NCBI RefSeq assembly: GCF_036365525.1
Contig: NC_090404.1
Span: forward strand, 11,250,550-11,314,549
Direction of reading: 5' to 3'
Length of the DNA: 64,000 nucleotides
From: Heterodontus francisci
Lineage: Eukaryota
Shown: one piece after another, positions 21,815 to 35,935 of the stretch
Layout of the letters: each line of letters starts with the position of its first letter
Position numbering within the stretch: position 1 is the stretch's first letter
Translations under genes and position numbers: made by a program
The notes under the pieces: model-generated
What the model was told of the DNA's origin: nothing
Databases searched by the model: none
What the model saw: the letters and a program-made list of their open reading frames with translations, nothing else

Positions 21815-23303
21815 TTTTTTTAAATTCATTCATGGGATGTGGGCGTCGCTAGCCAGGCCAGCATTTATTGTCCATCCCTAATTGCCCTTGAGATGGTGGT
21901 GGTGAGCTGCCTTCTTGAACCACTGCAGTCCGTGTGGGGTAGGTACACCTACAGTGCTGTTAGGAAGGGAGTTCCAGGATTTTGACCCAGCGACAGTGAA
22001 GGAACGGCGATATAGTTCCAAGTCAGGATGGTGTGTGACTTGAAGGGGAACATGGTGTTCCCATGCATTTGCTGCCCTTGTCCTCCTAGTTGGTAGAGGT
22101 CGCGGGTTTGGAAGGTGCTGTCTAAGGAGCCTTGGTGCATTGCTGCAGTACATCTTGTAGATGGTACACACTGCTGCCACTGTGCGTCGGTGGTGGAGGG
22201 AGTGAATGTTTGTTGATGGGGAGCCAATCAAGCGGGCTGCTTTGTACTGGATGGTGTCAAGCTTCTTGAATGTTGTTGGAGCTGTAACCATCCAGGCAAG
22301 TGGAGAGTATTCCATCACACTCCTGACTTGTGCCTTGTAGATTGCGGACAGGCTTTGGGGAGTCAGGAGATGAGTTACTCGCCGCAGGATTACTAGCCTC
22401 TGACCTGCTCTTGTAGCCACGGTATTTATATGGCTACTCCAGTACAGTTTCTGGTCGATGGTAGCCCCTCGGATGTTGATAGTGGGGGATTCAGCGATGG
22501 TAATGCCATTGAATGTCAAGGGGAGATGGGTAGATTCTCTCTTGTTGGAGATGGTCATTGCCTGGCACTCGTGTGGCGTGAATGTTACTTGCCACTTATC
22601 AGCCCAAGCCTGAATATTGTCCAGGTCTTGCTGCATTTCTACATGGTCTGCTTCAGTATCTGAGGAGTCGCGAATGGTGCTGAACATTGTGCAATCATCA
22701 GTGAACATCCCCACTTCTGACCTTATGATTGAAGGAAGGTCATTGATGAAGCAGCTGAAGATGATTGGGCCTCGGACACTACCCTGAGGAGCTCCTGCAG
22801 TGATGTCCTGGAGCTGAGATGATTGATCTACAACAACCACAACCATCCTCCTTTGCACTAGGTATGACTCGAGCCAGCGGAGGGTTTACCCCCTGATTCC
22901 CATTGACTCCAGTTTTGCTAGGGCTCCTTGATGCCATACTCAGTCAAATGCTGCCTTGATGTCAAGGGCAGTTACTCTCACCTCACCTCTTGAGTTCAGC
23001 TCTTTTGTCCAGGTTTGAACCAAAGCTGTAATGAGGTCAGGAGCTGACCCAAACTGAGAAGGTTATTGGTAAACAAGTGCCTATTGATGGCACTGTTGAT
23101 GACACCTTCCATCACTTTACTGATGATTGAGAGTAGACTAATGGGGTGGTAATTGGCCAGGCTGGACTTGTCCTGCTTTTTATGTCCAGGACATACCTGG
23201 GCAATTTTCCACATTGCAGGGTAGATGCCAGTGTTGCAGCTGTACTGGAACAGCTTGGCTAGGGGCGCAGCAAGTTCTGGAGCACAGGTCTTCAGTACTA
23301 TTG
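21815..23303 (-). mobile_element. 5'-truncated CR1-group LINE (same family as 11170-14400), nested in an older CR1 3' fragment
   Basis: 326-aa ORF 21878-22858 with RT and C-terminal motifs; same 3' tail. Confidence 0.9.
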
Positions 23304-23924
23304 ATAATTACTTGAGAAAGAAAGATTTTCAAAGCTTTGGAGGACTGGAGATTGGAACTGGTTGGATAGCTCTTTCAAAGAGCTGCCAGGATGGGCCGAA
23401 TGGCCTCCTTCTGTGCTGTCAAATTCCACGATTCAATGAATTTCAATTGCATCCATCAACAGTTTTGTAATTGCTTTATTGAAGATGCTTTTGATGACAT
23501 TAGTATATTACAGGTTAACAGTAACGACGTTATATAATGTCATGGTAAAACTGTAGATATAAAATGTCACCTGAACACATTAAGCATTTTAGTAACAGCT
23601 TGGGCAAAGTGACTTGACTCTAATTTCGGAATCAATAGATTGCAGATTTCACCTCAGCTTCAGAACCTGAGTATATTAAACAGGCTACCAAGCGGTGCGC
23701 TGCTGAAAGGGCACTATCTTTCCAGGGACAATCTGAAACAATAAGCCCAAATGACCCCACACCATGTCCTGGTCAACATTCCTCCCTTTAACCGAGAACA
23801 CCAAAAACATGTTGATGGGAATTGACAGATAAGCTCTATTGTTGATGTTTATGTGCGCAAATTGGCCACATTCATCTCTAATTAGATACACTTTAATAAG
23901 TTGGGAGATCCCGGACAGGGTGAC

Positions 23925-26110
23925 AGAGTCATAGAGTTATACAGCACAGAAACAGGCCCTTCGGACCACCGTGTCCATGCCGGCCGTCAAGCACCTATCT
24001 ATGCTAATCCCATTTTCCAACACTTGCTCCGTAACCTTGTATGTTATGGCGTTTCAAGTGCTCATCTAAATACTTCTTAAATGTTGTAAGGGTTCCTGCC
24101 TCTACCAACCCTTCAGGCAGTGCGTTCCAGATTCCAACCACCCTCTGGGTGAATTTTTTTCCCCTCAAATCCCCTATAAACCTCCTTCCCCTTATCTTAA
24201 ATCTATGCCCCCTGGTTATTGACACCTCCACTAAGGGTAAAAGGTGCTCTCTATCTATCCTACTATGCCCCTCATAATTTTGTATACCTCAATCAGGTCC
24301 CCCCCGCTCCCCCCACTCCCTCAGCCTTCTCCGCTCTAAGGAAATCAACCCTAGCCTATCCAATCTCTCTTCATAGCGGAAATGCTCCAGCCCAGGCAAC
24401 ATCCTGATGAATCTCCTCTGCACCCTCTTCAGTGAATCACATCCTTCCTATAGTGTGGTGACCAGAACTGTACACAGTACTCCAACTGTGGCCAAACTAG
24501 CATTTGATACAGCTCCATCATAACCTCCCTGCTCTTATATTCTACGCCTCGGCTAATAAAGGCAAGTATCCCGTCGTCCTTCCTAACCACTTTGTCTACA
24601 TGTGCTGCTGCCTTCAGTGATCTATGGACAAGTACACCAAGGTCCGTCTGACTCTCTGTACTTCCTACGGTCCCACCATCCATTGCATATTCACTTGCCC
24701 TGTTAGTCCTCCCAAAATGCATCACCTCACACTTCTCAGGATTAAATTCCATTTGTCACTGCTCTGCCAATCTTACCAGCCATTCTATATCGTCCTGTAA
24801 TCTAAGACTTTCCTATTCACTGTTTACGACACCACCAATTTTCGTGTCATCTGCGAACTGACTGATCATACTTCCTATATTCAGGTCTAAATCATTAATG
24901 TATACTACAAACAGCAGAGGTCCCAGCACCAATCCCTGCTGTACACCACTGGTCACAGGCTTCCACTCACAAAAACAACCCTCGACCATCACCCTCTGCC
25001 TCCTGCCACTAAGCCAATTTTGGGTCCAATTTGGCATATTGCCCTGGATCCCATGGGCTCTTACCTTCTTAACCAATCTCCCATGTGGGATCTTATCAAA
25101 AGCCTTTCTGAAGTCCATGTAGACGACATCAACTGCTTTCCCCTCATCTACACATTTAGTCACGACCTCGAAAAATTCAGTCAAGTTTGTAAGGCATGAT
25201 CTCCCCCTGACAAAGCTATGCTGACTATCCCTGATTAATCGCTGCCTCTCCAAGTGGAGAATAATCCTGTCTTTCAGAAAATTTTTCCAATAGTTTCCAT
25301 ATCACTGATGTTAGACTCAGCGGCCTGTAGTTACCTGGTTTATCCCTGCTACCCTTCTTGAATAATGATACCACATTCACTGTCCTCCAGTCTTCTGATA
25401 CCTCTCCTGTGGCCAGAGAGGATTTGAATATTTGTGTCAGAGCCCCTGTTATCTCCTCCCTTGCCTCACATAACAGCCTGGAGTACATCTCATCTGGGCC
25501 TGGGGATTTATCCACTTTTAAGCCCGCTAAAACAGGTAATACTTCCTCCCTTTCAATGTTAATATGTTCAAGTCTATCACAGTCCCCTTCCCTGATCTCT
25601 ACACCTACATCGTCCTTCTCCATAGTGAACACAGATGAAAAGTAATCATTTAAAACCTCACCTCTGTCCTCCAGCTCCACACACAGATTGCCACTTTGGT
25701 CCCTAATGGGCCCTACTCTTTCCCTGGTTATCCTCTTGCCCTTAATATACTTATAAAATGCCTTGGGATTTTCCTTTATCTTGCCCTCCAGTGTTTTTTC
25801 ATGCCCCCTCTTCGCTCTCCTAATTATTTTTTTAATTACCCCCCACACTACACTTTCTATTTTCCTCCAGTGCCTCCGCTGTTTTCAGACCTCTGAATCT
25901 ACCGTAAGCCTCCTTTGTTTTCCTTATCCAATCCTCTATATCCCTTGACATCCAGGTTCCGTGAACTTGTTGGTCCTACTCTTCACCTTTACGGGAACAT
26001 TTTGGCTCTGAACTCTCACTATTTCCTTTTTGAATGATTCCCACTGGTCTGATGTAAACTTTCCTACAATTAGCTGCTCCCAGTCCACTTTGGCCAGATC
26101 CTGCTTATCA
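23925..26110 (-). mobile_element. CR1-clade LINE, 5'-truncated and frameshifted
   Basis: ORFs 25225-25848, 24813-25253, 24429-24752 and 24004-24231: KSPGPD, DVVYMDFRKAFD, QFADDTK, QLEYCVQFWSP. Confidence 0.92.
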
Positions 26111-26359
26111 TATTGAGCTGCTACATCCGTGCAAGTGGTATCACTGTACTCAGTCTCACCTTTATCTGTCTCGCTCTGTTTGTGTCTCTCTGTATCACTC
26201 ATTGTACTAAGTCTTACCCTTATCTATCTCCCTCTGTTTGTATCTCTCTGTACCACCTTTATTTCTCTCCCTCTGTTGGCGTCTCTCTGTATCACTGTAC
26301 TCAGTCTCGCCTTTATCTATGTTCCTCATTTGGCAGCTCTCTCAAAGTATACATACAGG

Positions 26360-26880
26360 CACAGGGCTGATCGATGGAGGAGGGAGTCACTCCGCTGCAG
26401 AGCTCAATTGATCAAATCTTTAATCATTGAGACCAGACAGGAATAGGGCTGATCCATTGAGGGGAGTTTCACTCACCTCCACAGGCAAAAACCTCATAAT
26501 TCTAACCATTGAGACCAGACAGGCACTGAGCCGATCCAGCCTGATTCATCTGCACTGGGACATTGATCAAAAGTTTAAAGATTGAGAGCTGACCTGCACT
26601 GAACTGATGCAGCTAGTGGGCCGTACTCACCCACCTGTACAGGTACATTGCTCATAATGTTAACCATTGAATAGGGAGAGATACTGAGCTGATATACCTC
26701 GAGGAGCCTCGCTCATCTGCATAGCCACATTGTTAAGATTTTTAACCATTAAATACAGGCACAATCTGGGTTGATGCACAGTGGGGGCCTCATTCACCTG
26801 CACTGGTGATTTTAAACATTAAGTACCGACAAGGATAGGGCTGATTGTCTGTGTGGGCCTCATTAACTTACACTGGTACA
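26360..26880. repeat. Highly diverged tandem repeat, ~70-80-bp unit, about 7 copies
   Basis: Recurrent GGGCTGAT...CTCACCTGCAC...TTTAACCATTGA motifs. Confidence 0.55.
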
Positions 26881-27619
26881 TTTCTTAGATCTTCCTTTCA
26901 TTGTACTATTTCGTCATATTAAGCCATTGTTTATTTTCTGCTCCATGTCTAGAGTTTGGGCACCTTTATTTACCACCATCTTTCTTCCTTTTCCTTTTGC
27001 TGCTCTCTCCCCATCTCTCCAATACCCTTCGCAATCTTCAGACACCCCCTTTTCCTTAAACAGGTGGGAAAGTCTGGTTGAGAAAAAACAGACAGGCAAC
27101 AGAAAAACAAAGAGCAGGGTAAAATAAAATAATTATACATATGAAATAGCACAATTCAAGTGAAGATCAAATCAATGTCACGTGCAGGTGCGTGTTGTCT
27201 CCCACAGTGTATCAGTCAGTGACTGTTTATGCTCAACGGTTAAAAGATGATCCCCACATAGCCTTAGACCTTAGACCTTGAGACCTTAGACTCAAGTTCC
27301 AGCGGCAGAGGGCTCACAGAGGCTCAGGAAGGAACCGTTCAGGATACTGGCACAGAGCAGAAACCACCGCCTGCCCCATCACCTCCATCACCACCCCGGA
27401 TATTGACAAACCCTCTTGCACTCTTCCATACCTGTCTGTGACTCAGAAAGCTGTTACTTTAGGTGAGGGGCTCTGGACTGGGAATAGCGGGGCTTTAAGT
27501 GAGAAGCTCTGCTATATTTGGGGAACTCAGAGTCACTGATCTGCAGTCAGGATGATAAAAGTCTCTGTACTTTCAAACTCTCTGTCTCACTGCATAGGTA
27601 TTGGAAAATATAGGACAGT

Positions 27620-28250
27620 GGATTACAAAGAGAGGCATGTTTCGGTGAATTAATAACTGAGATAGGACCTAATATGTTATAAAGCGAATGGGTCCAATGT
27701 AGTATAAAGAGACGCATGGCCTGGTATAGTGATAACTAAGACAGTCCTTGGTGTAACATAATGAGAGGCATGTTCTAGTGCATTAATAACTGAGACGGGA
27801 CCTACTGTAATATAAACAGACATGATCTAGTGCATTAATAACTGAGAGACAGCCTAGTGTAATATAAACAGAGACATGGTCTAGTGCAACAATAACTCAG
27901 ATAGGGCCTAGTAAAATATATACAAAGAGATGGTAGAATGCAGGAAAAAAAGTGACAGGGTCCAACGTAATATAAAGAGAGACAGGAGCTAGTGTACTAT
28001 TAACAGATACATGGTCTAGTGTAATATAAATTGAGATATAGTATAGTATATTATAAACAGAGACATGGCCTAGTGCACTAATTCGTGAAACAGGGCCTAG
28101 TTTAATATCAACAAGGACGTATACTAGTGCACTTTAACTGGGACACTGTCTCGTGTAATACAAACAGGTGGATATTCTAGTTCAGCAATAATTGACCACG
28201 GCCTAGCGTAGAATAAACAGAGATAATGCTTGATGCATTAATAACTGAAA
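27620..28250. repeat. Diverged tandem repeat (~27-bp subunits in a ~55-bp dimer)
   Basis: Alternating CTAGTGTAATATAAACAGAGACATGG and CTAGTGCATTAATAACTGAGACAGG units. Confidence 0.65.
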
Positions 28251-28684
28251 CCCGACATAAGGGTGAAATATAACTTGGTAAAATATACTTTTTCTGGTGC
28301 GAATAGATTTCTCACTTCTCACCAGATCATCATAAATCGGATTGTGAAAGTATCGACAGAATGGGATAGCATTTGTAGAAATGATCGGAATCTGTATTTT
28401 CTTTGTACTTACCTAGGGACCATCGAAGGAGACAGAAACAGGCTGGAGAATCCGCTCCACTCAGGACAAGTGAATTCGCCAATTTAATGCGAGTGGCTTC
28501 TAGGAGCACAATAAATTTTGAAACCACGGAGTTTCCGGCAGACTAGTCCCAGATCTACCTGTGGGTGAAGCTATCTCCAGGAACCTGAGTTCAGCATGTA
28601 ATGGGCAACTCAATGTGTAAGCTGTATAACACTGGCAGAGATCAGCGTTTCCAGACAGATGCTTCAGGGTGATTACTGCGGGTT

Positions 28685-28700
28685 TGCTGCCATCTGGTGG
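28685..28700 (-). promoter_or_regulatory. CTCF-motif match (paralogue at 56013-56028)
   Basis: Minus strand CCACCAGATGGCAGCA. Confidence 0.5.
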
Positions 28701-28892
28701 GGAACAAAATAAAAATTCCTCCTCAGCAATTTTTCCTTCAATTGGGGAACGTTTGTTTAGGAGTTCATTTTGTAAGACGAACAGAAGAAGGTTGCACCAA
28801 AACGGTTGAGATAATTAGATAGTTGTATTTAGTACGGGGAAAAGCACAGTTTATAAGTCAGATTGCTAAGAATCTTAGCAGGTAAGTCAATA

Positions 28893-30681
28893 AAACCCTA
28901 AGGCTTTCTATAGGTATATCAGGAATAAAAGAATGACTAGAGTTAGATTAGGGCCAATCAAGGATAGTAGTGGGAAGTTGTGTGTGGAATCAGAGGAGGT
29001 AGGGGAAGTGTTAAATGAATATTTTGCGTCAGTATTTACAGTAGAGAAAGAAAATGTTGTCGAGGAGAATACTGAGATTCAGGCTACTAAGCTAGATGGG
29101 ATTGAGGTTCACAAGGAGGAGGTGTTAGCAATTTTGGAAAGTGCGAAAATAGATAAGTCCCCTGGGCCAGATGGGATTTATCCTAGGATTCTCTGGGAAG
29201 CTAGGGAGGAGATTGCAGAGCCTTTGTCCTTGATCTTTATGTCATCATTGTCGACAGGAATAGTGTCGGAAGACTGGAGGATAGCAAATGTTGTCCCCTT
29301 GTTCAAGAAGGGGAGTAGAGACAGCCCTGGTAATTATAGACCTGTGAGCCTTACTTCGGTTGTGGGTAAAATGTTGGAAAAGTTTATAAGAGACAGGATT
29401 TATAATCATCTTGAAAAGAATAAGTTCATTAGAGATAGTCAGCACGGTTTTGTGACGGGTAGGTCGTGCCTCACAAACCTTATTGAGTTTTTCGAGAAGA
29501 TGACCAAACAGGTGGATGAGGGTAAAGCAGTGGATGTGGTGTATATGGATTTCAGTAAGGCGTTTGATGGTAGGCTATTGCAGAAAATACGGAAGTATGG
29601 GGTTGAAGGTGATTTAGAGCTTTGGATCAGAAATTGGCTAGCTGAAAGAAGACAGAGGGTGGTGGTTGATGGCAAATTGTTCATCCTGGAGTTTAGTTAC
29701 TAGTGGTGTACCGCAAGGATCTGTTTTGGGGCCACTGCTGTTTGTCATTTTTATAAATGACCTGGAAGAGGGTGTAGAAAGGTGGGTTAGTAAATTTGCG
29801 GATGACACGAAGGTCGGTGGAGTTGTGGATAGTGCCGAAGGATGTTGTAGCGTACAGAGGGACATAGATAGGCTGCAGAGCTGGGCTGAGAGATGACAAA
29901 TGGAGTTTAATGCGGAAAAGTGCGAGGTGATTCACTTTGGAAGGAGTAACAGGAATGCAGAGTACTGGGCTAATGGGAAGATTCTTGGTAGTGTAGATGA
30001 ACAGAGAGATCTTGGTGTCCAGGTGCATAAATCCCTGAAGGTTGCTACCCAGGTTAATAGGGCTGTTAAGAAGGCATATGGTGTGTTAGCTTTTATTAGT
30101 AGGGGGGTCGAGTTTCGGAGGCACGAGGTCATGCTGCAGCTGTACAAAACTCTGGTGAGACCGCACCTGGAGTATTGCGTGCAGTTCTGGTCATCGCATT
30201 ATAGGAAGGATGTGGAAGCTATGGAAAGGGTGCAGAGGAGATTTACTAGGATGTTGCCTGGTATGGAGGGAAGGTCTTACGAGGAAAGGCTGAGGGACTT
30301 GAGGTTGTTTTCGTTGGAGAGAAGGAGGAGGAGAGGTGACTTAATAGAGACATATAAGATAATCAGAGGGTTAGATAGGGTGGATAGTGAGAGTCTTTTT
30401 CCTCGGATGGTGATGGCAAACACGAGGGGACATAGCTTTAAGTTGAGGGGTGATAGATATAGAAAAGATGTCAGAGGTAGTTTCTTTACTCAGAGAGTAG
30501 TAGGGGCGTGGAACGCCCTGCCTGCAACAGTAGTAGACTCGCCAACTTTAAGGGCATTTAAGTGGTCATTGGATAGACATATGGATGAAAATGGAATAGT
30601 GTAGGTCAGATGGTTTCACAGGTCGGCGCAACATCGAGGGCCGAAGGGCCTGCACTGCGCTGTAATGTTCTAAAAAAAAAA
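28893..30681 (+). mobile_element. Relatively young 5'-truncated CR1 (HER1-like) LINE
   Basis: ORFs 28933-29703, 29666-29896 and 29900-30604 form a near-continuous RT and C-terminus; A-tail at ~30672; the empty paralogous site is visible at ~56215-56240. Confidence 0.93.
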
Positions 30682-31199
30682 GATACATTAAACGTGACAT
30701 TACTCAATCCCGTTGGGAATAGCGTTCGTGTATTGTTCCTAAAACGTCTCAAGCTCGTATCATTCACTTGTTTGAGCTTTTATGTGCTGCATATTGTGCA
30801 TTCTTCATCAAACCTTGCGAATGTGAAAACTTGTTAATGTGTTCAGGTTATTTTTAATAATATTAAACACGGTACTTTATTTACACCATTCTCTTTCCTG
30901 AGTATGTGTGCCGTGTTCTGGTCTTTGTTCAATGTCCTATTCACGGTTTGCAACTCACTATCGCAGCCTCTCTGAAACTTTTTCTATTAGTATTTTGTAT
31001 TCAGTCGGTCTTCTGACCATCTGGCCCGGTGCCCAGCCACGTCACACTTGTCCTTACAGATTATTAGTCCATTAATCATTGTTTATCAGCTTCTAATTCT
31101 GTCCTGAAAACGACATCTTAGAACCCTATTATGTTGTGGATTCTTAGCGTTAATATGTGTAAGTGTCTTTAACATTGAAAAATGACTAAAATGTTAAAC

Positions 31200-33270
31200 T
31201 TAAATTAGTGTAACAATATGGGCATGAAAGCTGAGCTATCTGAAGTGAACTGGGTTGCTAGGCTAGGAGATAGATCAATAGAGAAGCAGTGGCAGACATT
31301 CAAGGGGATATTTCAGAATATCAGGATAAGTATATTCCTACTAGAAAGAAAAATTCTAAGGGGAGGATCCACTATCCGTGGTTAACTAAAGAAGTGAAGG
31401 AAAGCATCAAACTTAAGAAAACGGCTGATAATTGTGCAAAGATGAGTGGCAGGTCAGATAATTGGTCAGAATATAAAGAACGGCAGAGAATGACTAAAAG
31501 GTTAATCAGGAGAACGAATTAGAATAGGAGAGGAAGCTAGCTAGGAATGTAAAAATGGATAGCCAAGAGTTTCTACAGGTATTTAAAAAGGAAAACAATA
31601 ATATGAGCGTTAGCCCTCTAGAGAGTGATAATGAGGAGTTAATAGTAGATAATAAGGAAATGGCGGATGAAATGAACAAATAGTTTGCTTCTGTCTTCAC
31701 TATAGCTGATACAAAAAAAATTCAATAATAGCTGTAAATCAGGAGGTGGAAGGATGAGAGGAACTTGGTGAAATTACAATCACCAGGGAAGGAGTACTGA
31801 GCAAACTGATGGAGCTGCGGGCAGACAAGTTCCCGGGTCCTGATGGGCTTCATCCTCAGGGCTTCAAAGAGGTGGATAATGAGGTAGTAAATGCGTTGGT
31901 GTTAATTTTTCATAATTGGCTACATTCTGGAAAATAGCAAATATAGCCCCTCTATTCATGAAGGCGGGTGGGGGGGGGGGGTGCAAAAAACACATAACTA
32001 TAGGCCAGTTCACATAACGTCTGTTGTGGGGAAGGTGTCAGAGTCCAGCATTAAGGAGGCTATAGCGGGGCACTTAGAAAAACTCAAGGTAATCGGGAAT
32101 AGTCAGCATGTGAGAGGGAGATCATGTTTACCCAATTTATCGAAGTTCTTTGAAGGAGTAACATGTGCCATGGATAAAGGGAAGCCTGTTGACGTACTGT
32201 ACTTGGATTTCCAGAGACATTTGACAAGGTGCCACATCAAAGGTCATTACGCAAAGTAGGAGCTCATGGTGTCGGGGGTAACATATTAGCACGGATAGAA
32301 GATTGGCTGGCAGGACAGAGAGTCTGCATAAATGGGTCTTTTACCAATTGGAAGGACGTGATGGGTGGAGTCCCACAAGGGTCTGTGCTGGGGCCTCAAC
32401 TTTTTAAAATTTATATCAATGACTTAGATGAGGGAAGCGATGGTATGGTAGCTAAATTTGCAGATGACACAAAGATAGGTAGGAAAGTATGTAGTAAAGA
32501 GGACATAAGGAGGTTGCAGACCGACTTAGATCGGTTGAGTGAGTGGGCAAAAATCTGCCAGATGGAGTATAATGTGGGAAAATGTGAAGCTGTTCACTTT
32601 GGCAGGAAGAATAAAAAAGCAGAGTATTACTTAAATTAAGAACTCAGGATCTAGGTGTTCTCGTGCATGAGTCACAAAAATTAGTATGCAGATACAGCAA
32701 GTAATAAAGAAGGCTAATGGAATGCTATCCTTTATTAAGAGAGGATGGTATGCTTCAGTTATACAGGGTATTAGTGAGATCACATGTCGAATACTGTGTG
32801 CAGTTTTGGCTCCTTATTTAAGGAAGGATGTGAATGCACTGGAGATGGTTCAGAGAAAGTTTACTAGATTGATACCTGGAATGAGCAGGTTGTTTTATGA
32901 GGAAGGGTTGGACAGACTGGGCTTGTTTTCACTGGAGTTTAGAAGAGTGAGGGGAGACTTGATTGAAGTATATAAGATCTTGAATGGTCTAGATAAGGTG
33001 GGTGTGGAAAGGATGTTTCCTCTTGTGGGTGAGTCCAGAACTAGGGGGCATTGTTTTAAAATTAGAGGTAGTCCTTCCAGGACAGAGATGAGGAGAAATG
33101 CTTTCTCTCAGAGGGTTGTGCGACTTTGGAATTCTCAGCCTCAGAAGGTGGTGGAGACAGATTCATTGAATAATTTTAAGGCAGGTGTAGGTAGACATTT
33201 GTTAGGCAAGGAATCAAAGATCACTGGGGTCAATGGGACGGTGGAATTCGAGACAAAAACAGATCACCCA
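31200..33270 (+). mobile_element. Decayed CR1 LINE
   Basis: ORFs 31289-31522, 31981-32259, 32229-32639 and 32686-33366 with [10 protein letters not shown] and KFADDTK. Confidence 0.88.
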
Positions 33271-33274
33271 CGAT

Positions 33275-35838
33275 TTTTGTTTATTATTCATTCATGGGAT
33301 GTGTGTGTCACTGGCTATGCCAGCATTTATTGCCCATCCCTAATTGCCCTTGAGAAGGTGTGGTGAGCTGCCTTCTTGAACCTCTGCAGTTCATTTGGGG
33401 TAGGTACACCCACAGTGCTTTTAGGAAGGGAGTTCCAGGATTTTGACCCAGCGACAGTGAAGGAATGACAATATAGCTCCAAGTCAGGATGATGTATGAC
33501 TTGGACGGGAACTTGCAGGTGGCGATGTTCCCATGCATTTACTGCTCTTGTCCTTCGAGGTGGTAGAGGTCGCGGGTTTGGAAGGTGCTGTCGAAGGAGC
33601 CTTGGTGCATTGCTGCAGTGCATCGTGTAGATGGTACATACTGCTGCCATTGTGCGTCAGTGGTGGAGGGAGTGAATGTTTGTGGATGGGGTACCAATCA
33701 AGCGGGCTGCTTTGCCTCAGATGCTGTCGAGCTTCTTGAGTGTTGTTGAAGCTGCACTCATCCAGGCAAGTGGAGGGTATTCCATCACACTCCTGACTTG
33801 AGCCTTGTAGATAGTGGACAGGCTTTGGGGAGTCAGGAGGTGAGTTACTCGCTGCAGGATTCCTAGCCTCTGACCTGCTCTTGTAGCCACGGTATTTATA
33901 TGACTACTCCAGTTCAGTTTTTGGTCAATGGGAGCCCCTAGGATGTTGATAGTGAGGGATTCAGCGATGGCAAAACCATTGAATGTCAAGGAGAGATGGC
34001 TAGATTCTCTCTTGTTTATTTATTTATTTGGAGATACAACACTGAAACAGGCCCTTCGGCCCACCGAGTCTGTGCCGACCAACAACCACCCATTTATACG
34101 AATCCTACATTAATCCCATATTCCCTACCACATCCCCATCATTCTCCTACCATGTACCGACACTCGGAGCAATTTATAGTGGCCAATTTACCTATCAACC
34201 TGCAAGTCTTTGGCTGTGGGGGGAAATAGGAGCACCAGAAACCCACGTGGTCACAGGGAGAATTTGGAAACTCCACACAGGCAGTACCCAGAACTGAACC
34301 CGGGTTGCTGGAGCTGTGAGGCTGCAGTGCTAACCACTGCGCCACTGTGCCTCCCTGATTGGCACTTATGTGGCACAAATGTTACTTGCCACTTATCAGT
34401 CCAAGCCTGGATATTGTCCAGGTCTTGCTGCATTTCTACATGGACTGCTTCAGTATCTGAGGAGTCACGAATGGTGCAGAACATTGTGCAATCGTCAGCG
34501 AACATCCCCAATTCTGACCTTACGATTGAAGGAAGGTCATTGATGAAGCAGCTGAAGATGGTTGGGCCTAGGACACTACCCTGAGAAACTCCTGCAGTGA
34601 TGTCCTGGAGCTGAGATGATTGACCTCCAACAACCACAGCCATCTTCCTTTGTGCTAGGTATGACTCCAACTGGCAGAGAGTTTTCCCCCTGATTCCCAT
34701 TGACTCCAGTTGTGCTAGGGCTCCTTGATGCCATACTCGGACAAATGCTGCCATTATGTCAAGGGCAGTCATTCTCACCTCACCTCTTGAGTTCAGCTCT
34801 TTTGTCCAGGCTGTAATGAGGTCAGGAGCTCTGTGGCCCTGGCGGAACCCTGACTGAGCATCATTGAGTAGGTTACTTCTAAGCAACTGTTGCTTGATGG
34901 CACTGTTGATGACACCTTCCATCACTTTACTGATGATTGAGGGCAGACTGATGGGGCGGTAATTGGCCAGGTTGAACCTGTCCTGCTTCTTTTGTACAGG
35001 ACATACCTGGGCAATGTTCCACATTTCCGCGTAGATGCCAGTGTCGTAGCTATACTGGAACAGCTTGGCTAGGGGTGCATCAAGTTCTGGAGCACAGGTA
35101 TTGAGTACTATTGCCGGAATATTGTCAGGACCCAGAGCCTTTGCAGTATTCAGATCCTTCAGTCGTTTCTTGACATCATGTGGAGTGAATTGTATTGGCT
35201 AAAGTGTGGCATCTGTAATGCTGAGGACTTCAGGAGGGAGCCGAGATGGATCAACAACTCGCCACTTCTGGCTGAAGATTGTTGCAAATGCTTCTGCCTT
35301 ATCTTTTGCGCTGATATGCTGGGCTCCCCCATCATTGAGGATGGGGATATTTGTGGAGCCACCTCCTCCAGTTAGTTGTTTAATTGTCCACCACCATTCA
35401 CAGCTGGGTGTGGCAGAACTGCAGAGCTTAGATCTGATCCGTTGTTTATGGGATCGCTTTGCTCTGTCTATTGCATGCTGCTTATGCAGGTTGGCATGCA
35501 AGTAGTCCTGTGTTGTAGCTTCACCAGGTTGACACCTCATTTTGAAGTATGCCTGGTGCTGCTCCTGGCATGCCCTACTGCGCTCTACATTGAAGCTGGG
35601 CTGGTCTCCTGGCTTGATGGTAATGGTAGAGTGGGGAATATGCCGGTCCATGAGGTTAAAGATTGTGGTTGAGTACAATTCTGCTGCTGCTGATGGCCCA
35701 CAGCGCCTCTTGGATGCCCAGATTTGCATTGCTAGATCTGTTCAAAATCTATCCCATCTAGCACGGTGATAGTGCCACACAACACGATGGACGGTGTCCT
35801 CTATGTGATGACGGGACTTTGTCACCACAAGGACAGTG
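33275..35838 (-). mobile_element. CR1-group LINE (family of 11170-14400), 5'-truncated, with a nested HE1 SINE
   Basis: ORFs 35199-35729, 34251-35024, 33717-33989 and 33327-33650; same 3' tail. Confidence 0.9.
34015..34356 (-). mobile_element. HE1-type V-SINE nested in a LINE
   Basis: Homologous to 14021-14380; (TAAA)n tail. Confidence 0.85.
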
Positions 35839-35840
35839 AC

Positions 35841-35935
35841 CCGAAGAAGGGTCACTGACCCGAAACGTTAACTCTGCTTCTCTTTTCACAGATGCTGCCA
35901 GAGCTGCTGAGTGATTCCAGCATTTCTTGTTTTTA
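35841..35935 (+). mobile_element. Penelope-like terminal fragment with a hammerhead-like motif
   Basis: CCGAAGAAGGGTCACTGACCCGAAACGTTAACT...CACAGATGCTGCCAGA, matching the end of the GIY-YIG element at 57845-58590. Confidence 0.7.

Noticed and set aside
21878-22858. 326-aa ORF as a host gene or active retrotransposon
   Set aside because: 5'-truncated LINE fragment with upstream frameshifts and deletions.
27182-27245. CACAGTG at 27203-27209 as a D segment or RSS
   Set aside because: No acceptable nonamer at 12 or 23 nt on either side.
30920-30965. GGTCTTTGT as the lost RSS of the truncated 36-kb V
   Set aside because: No heptamer at the correct spacing and no YYC-coding sequence adjacent.
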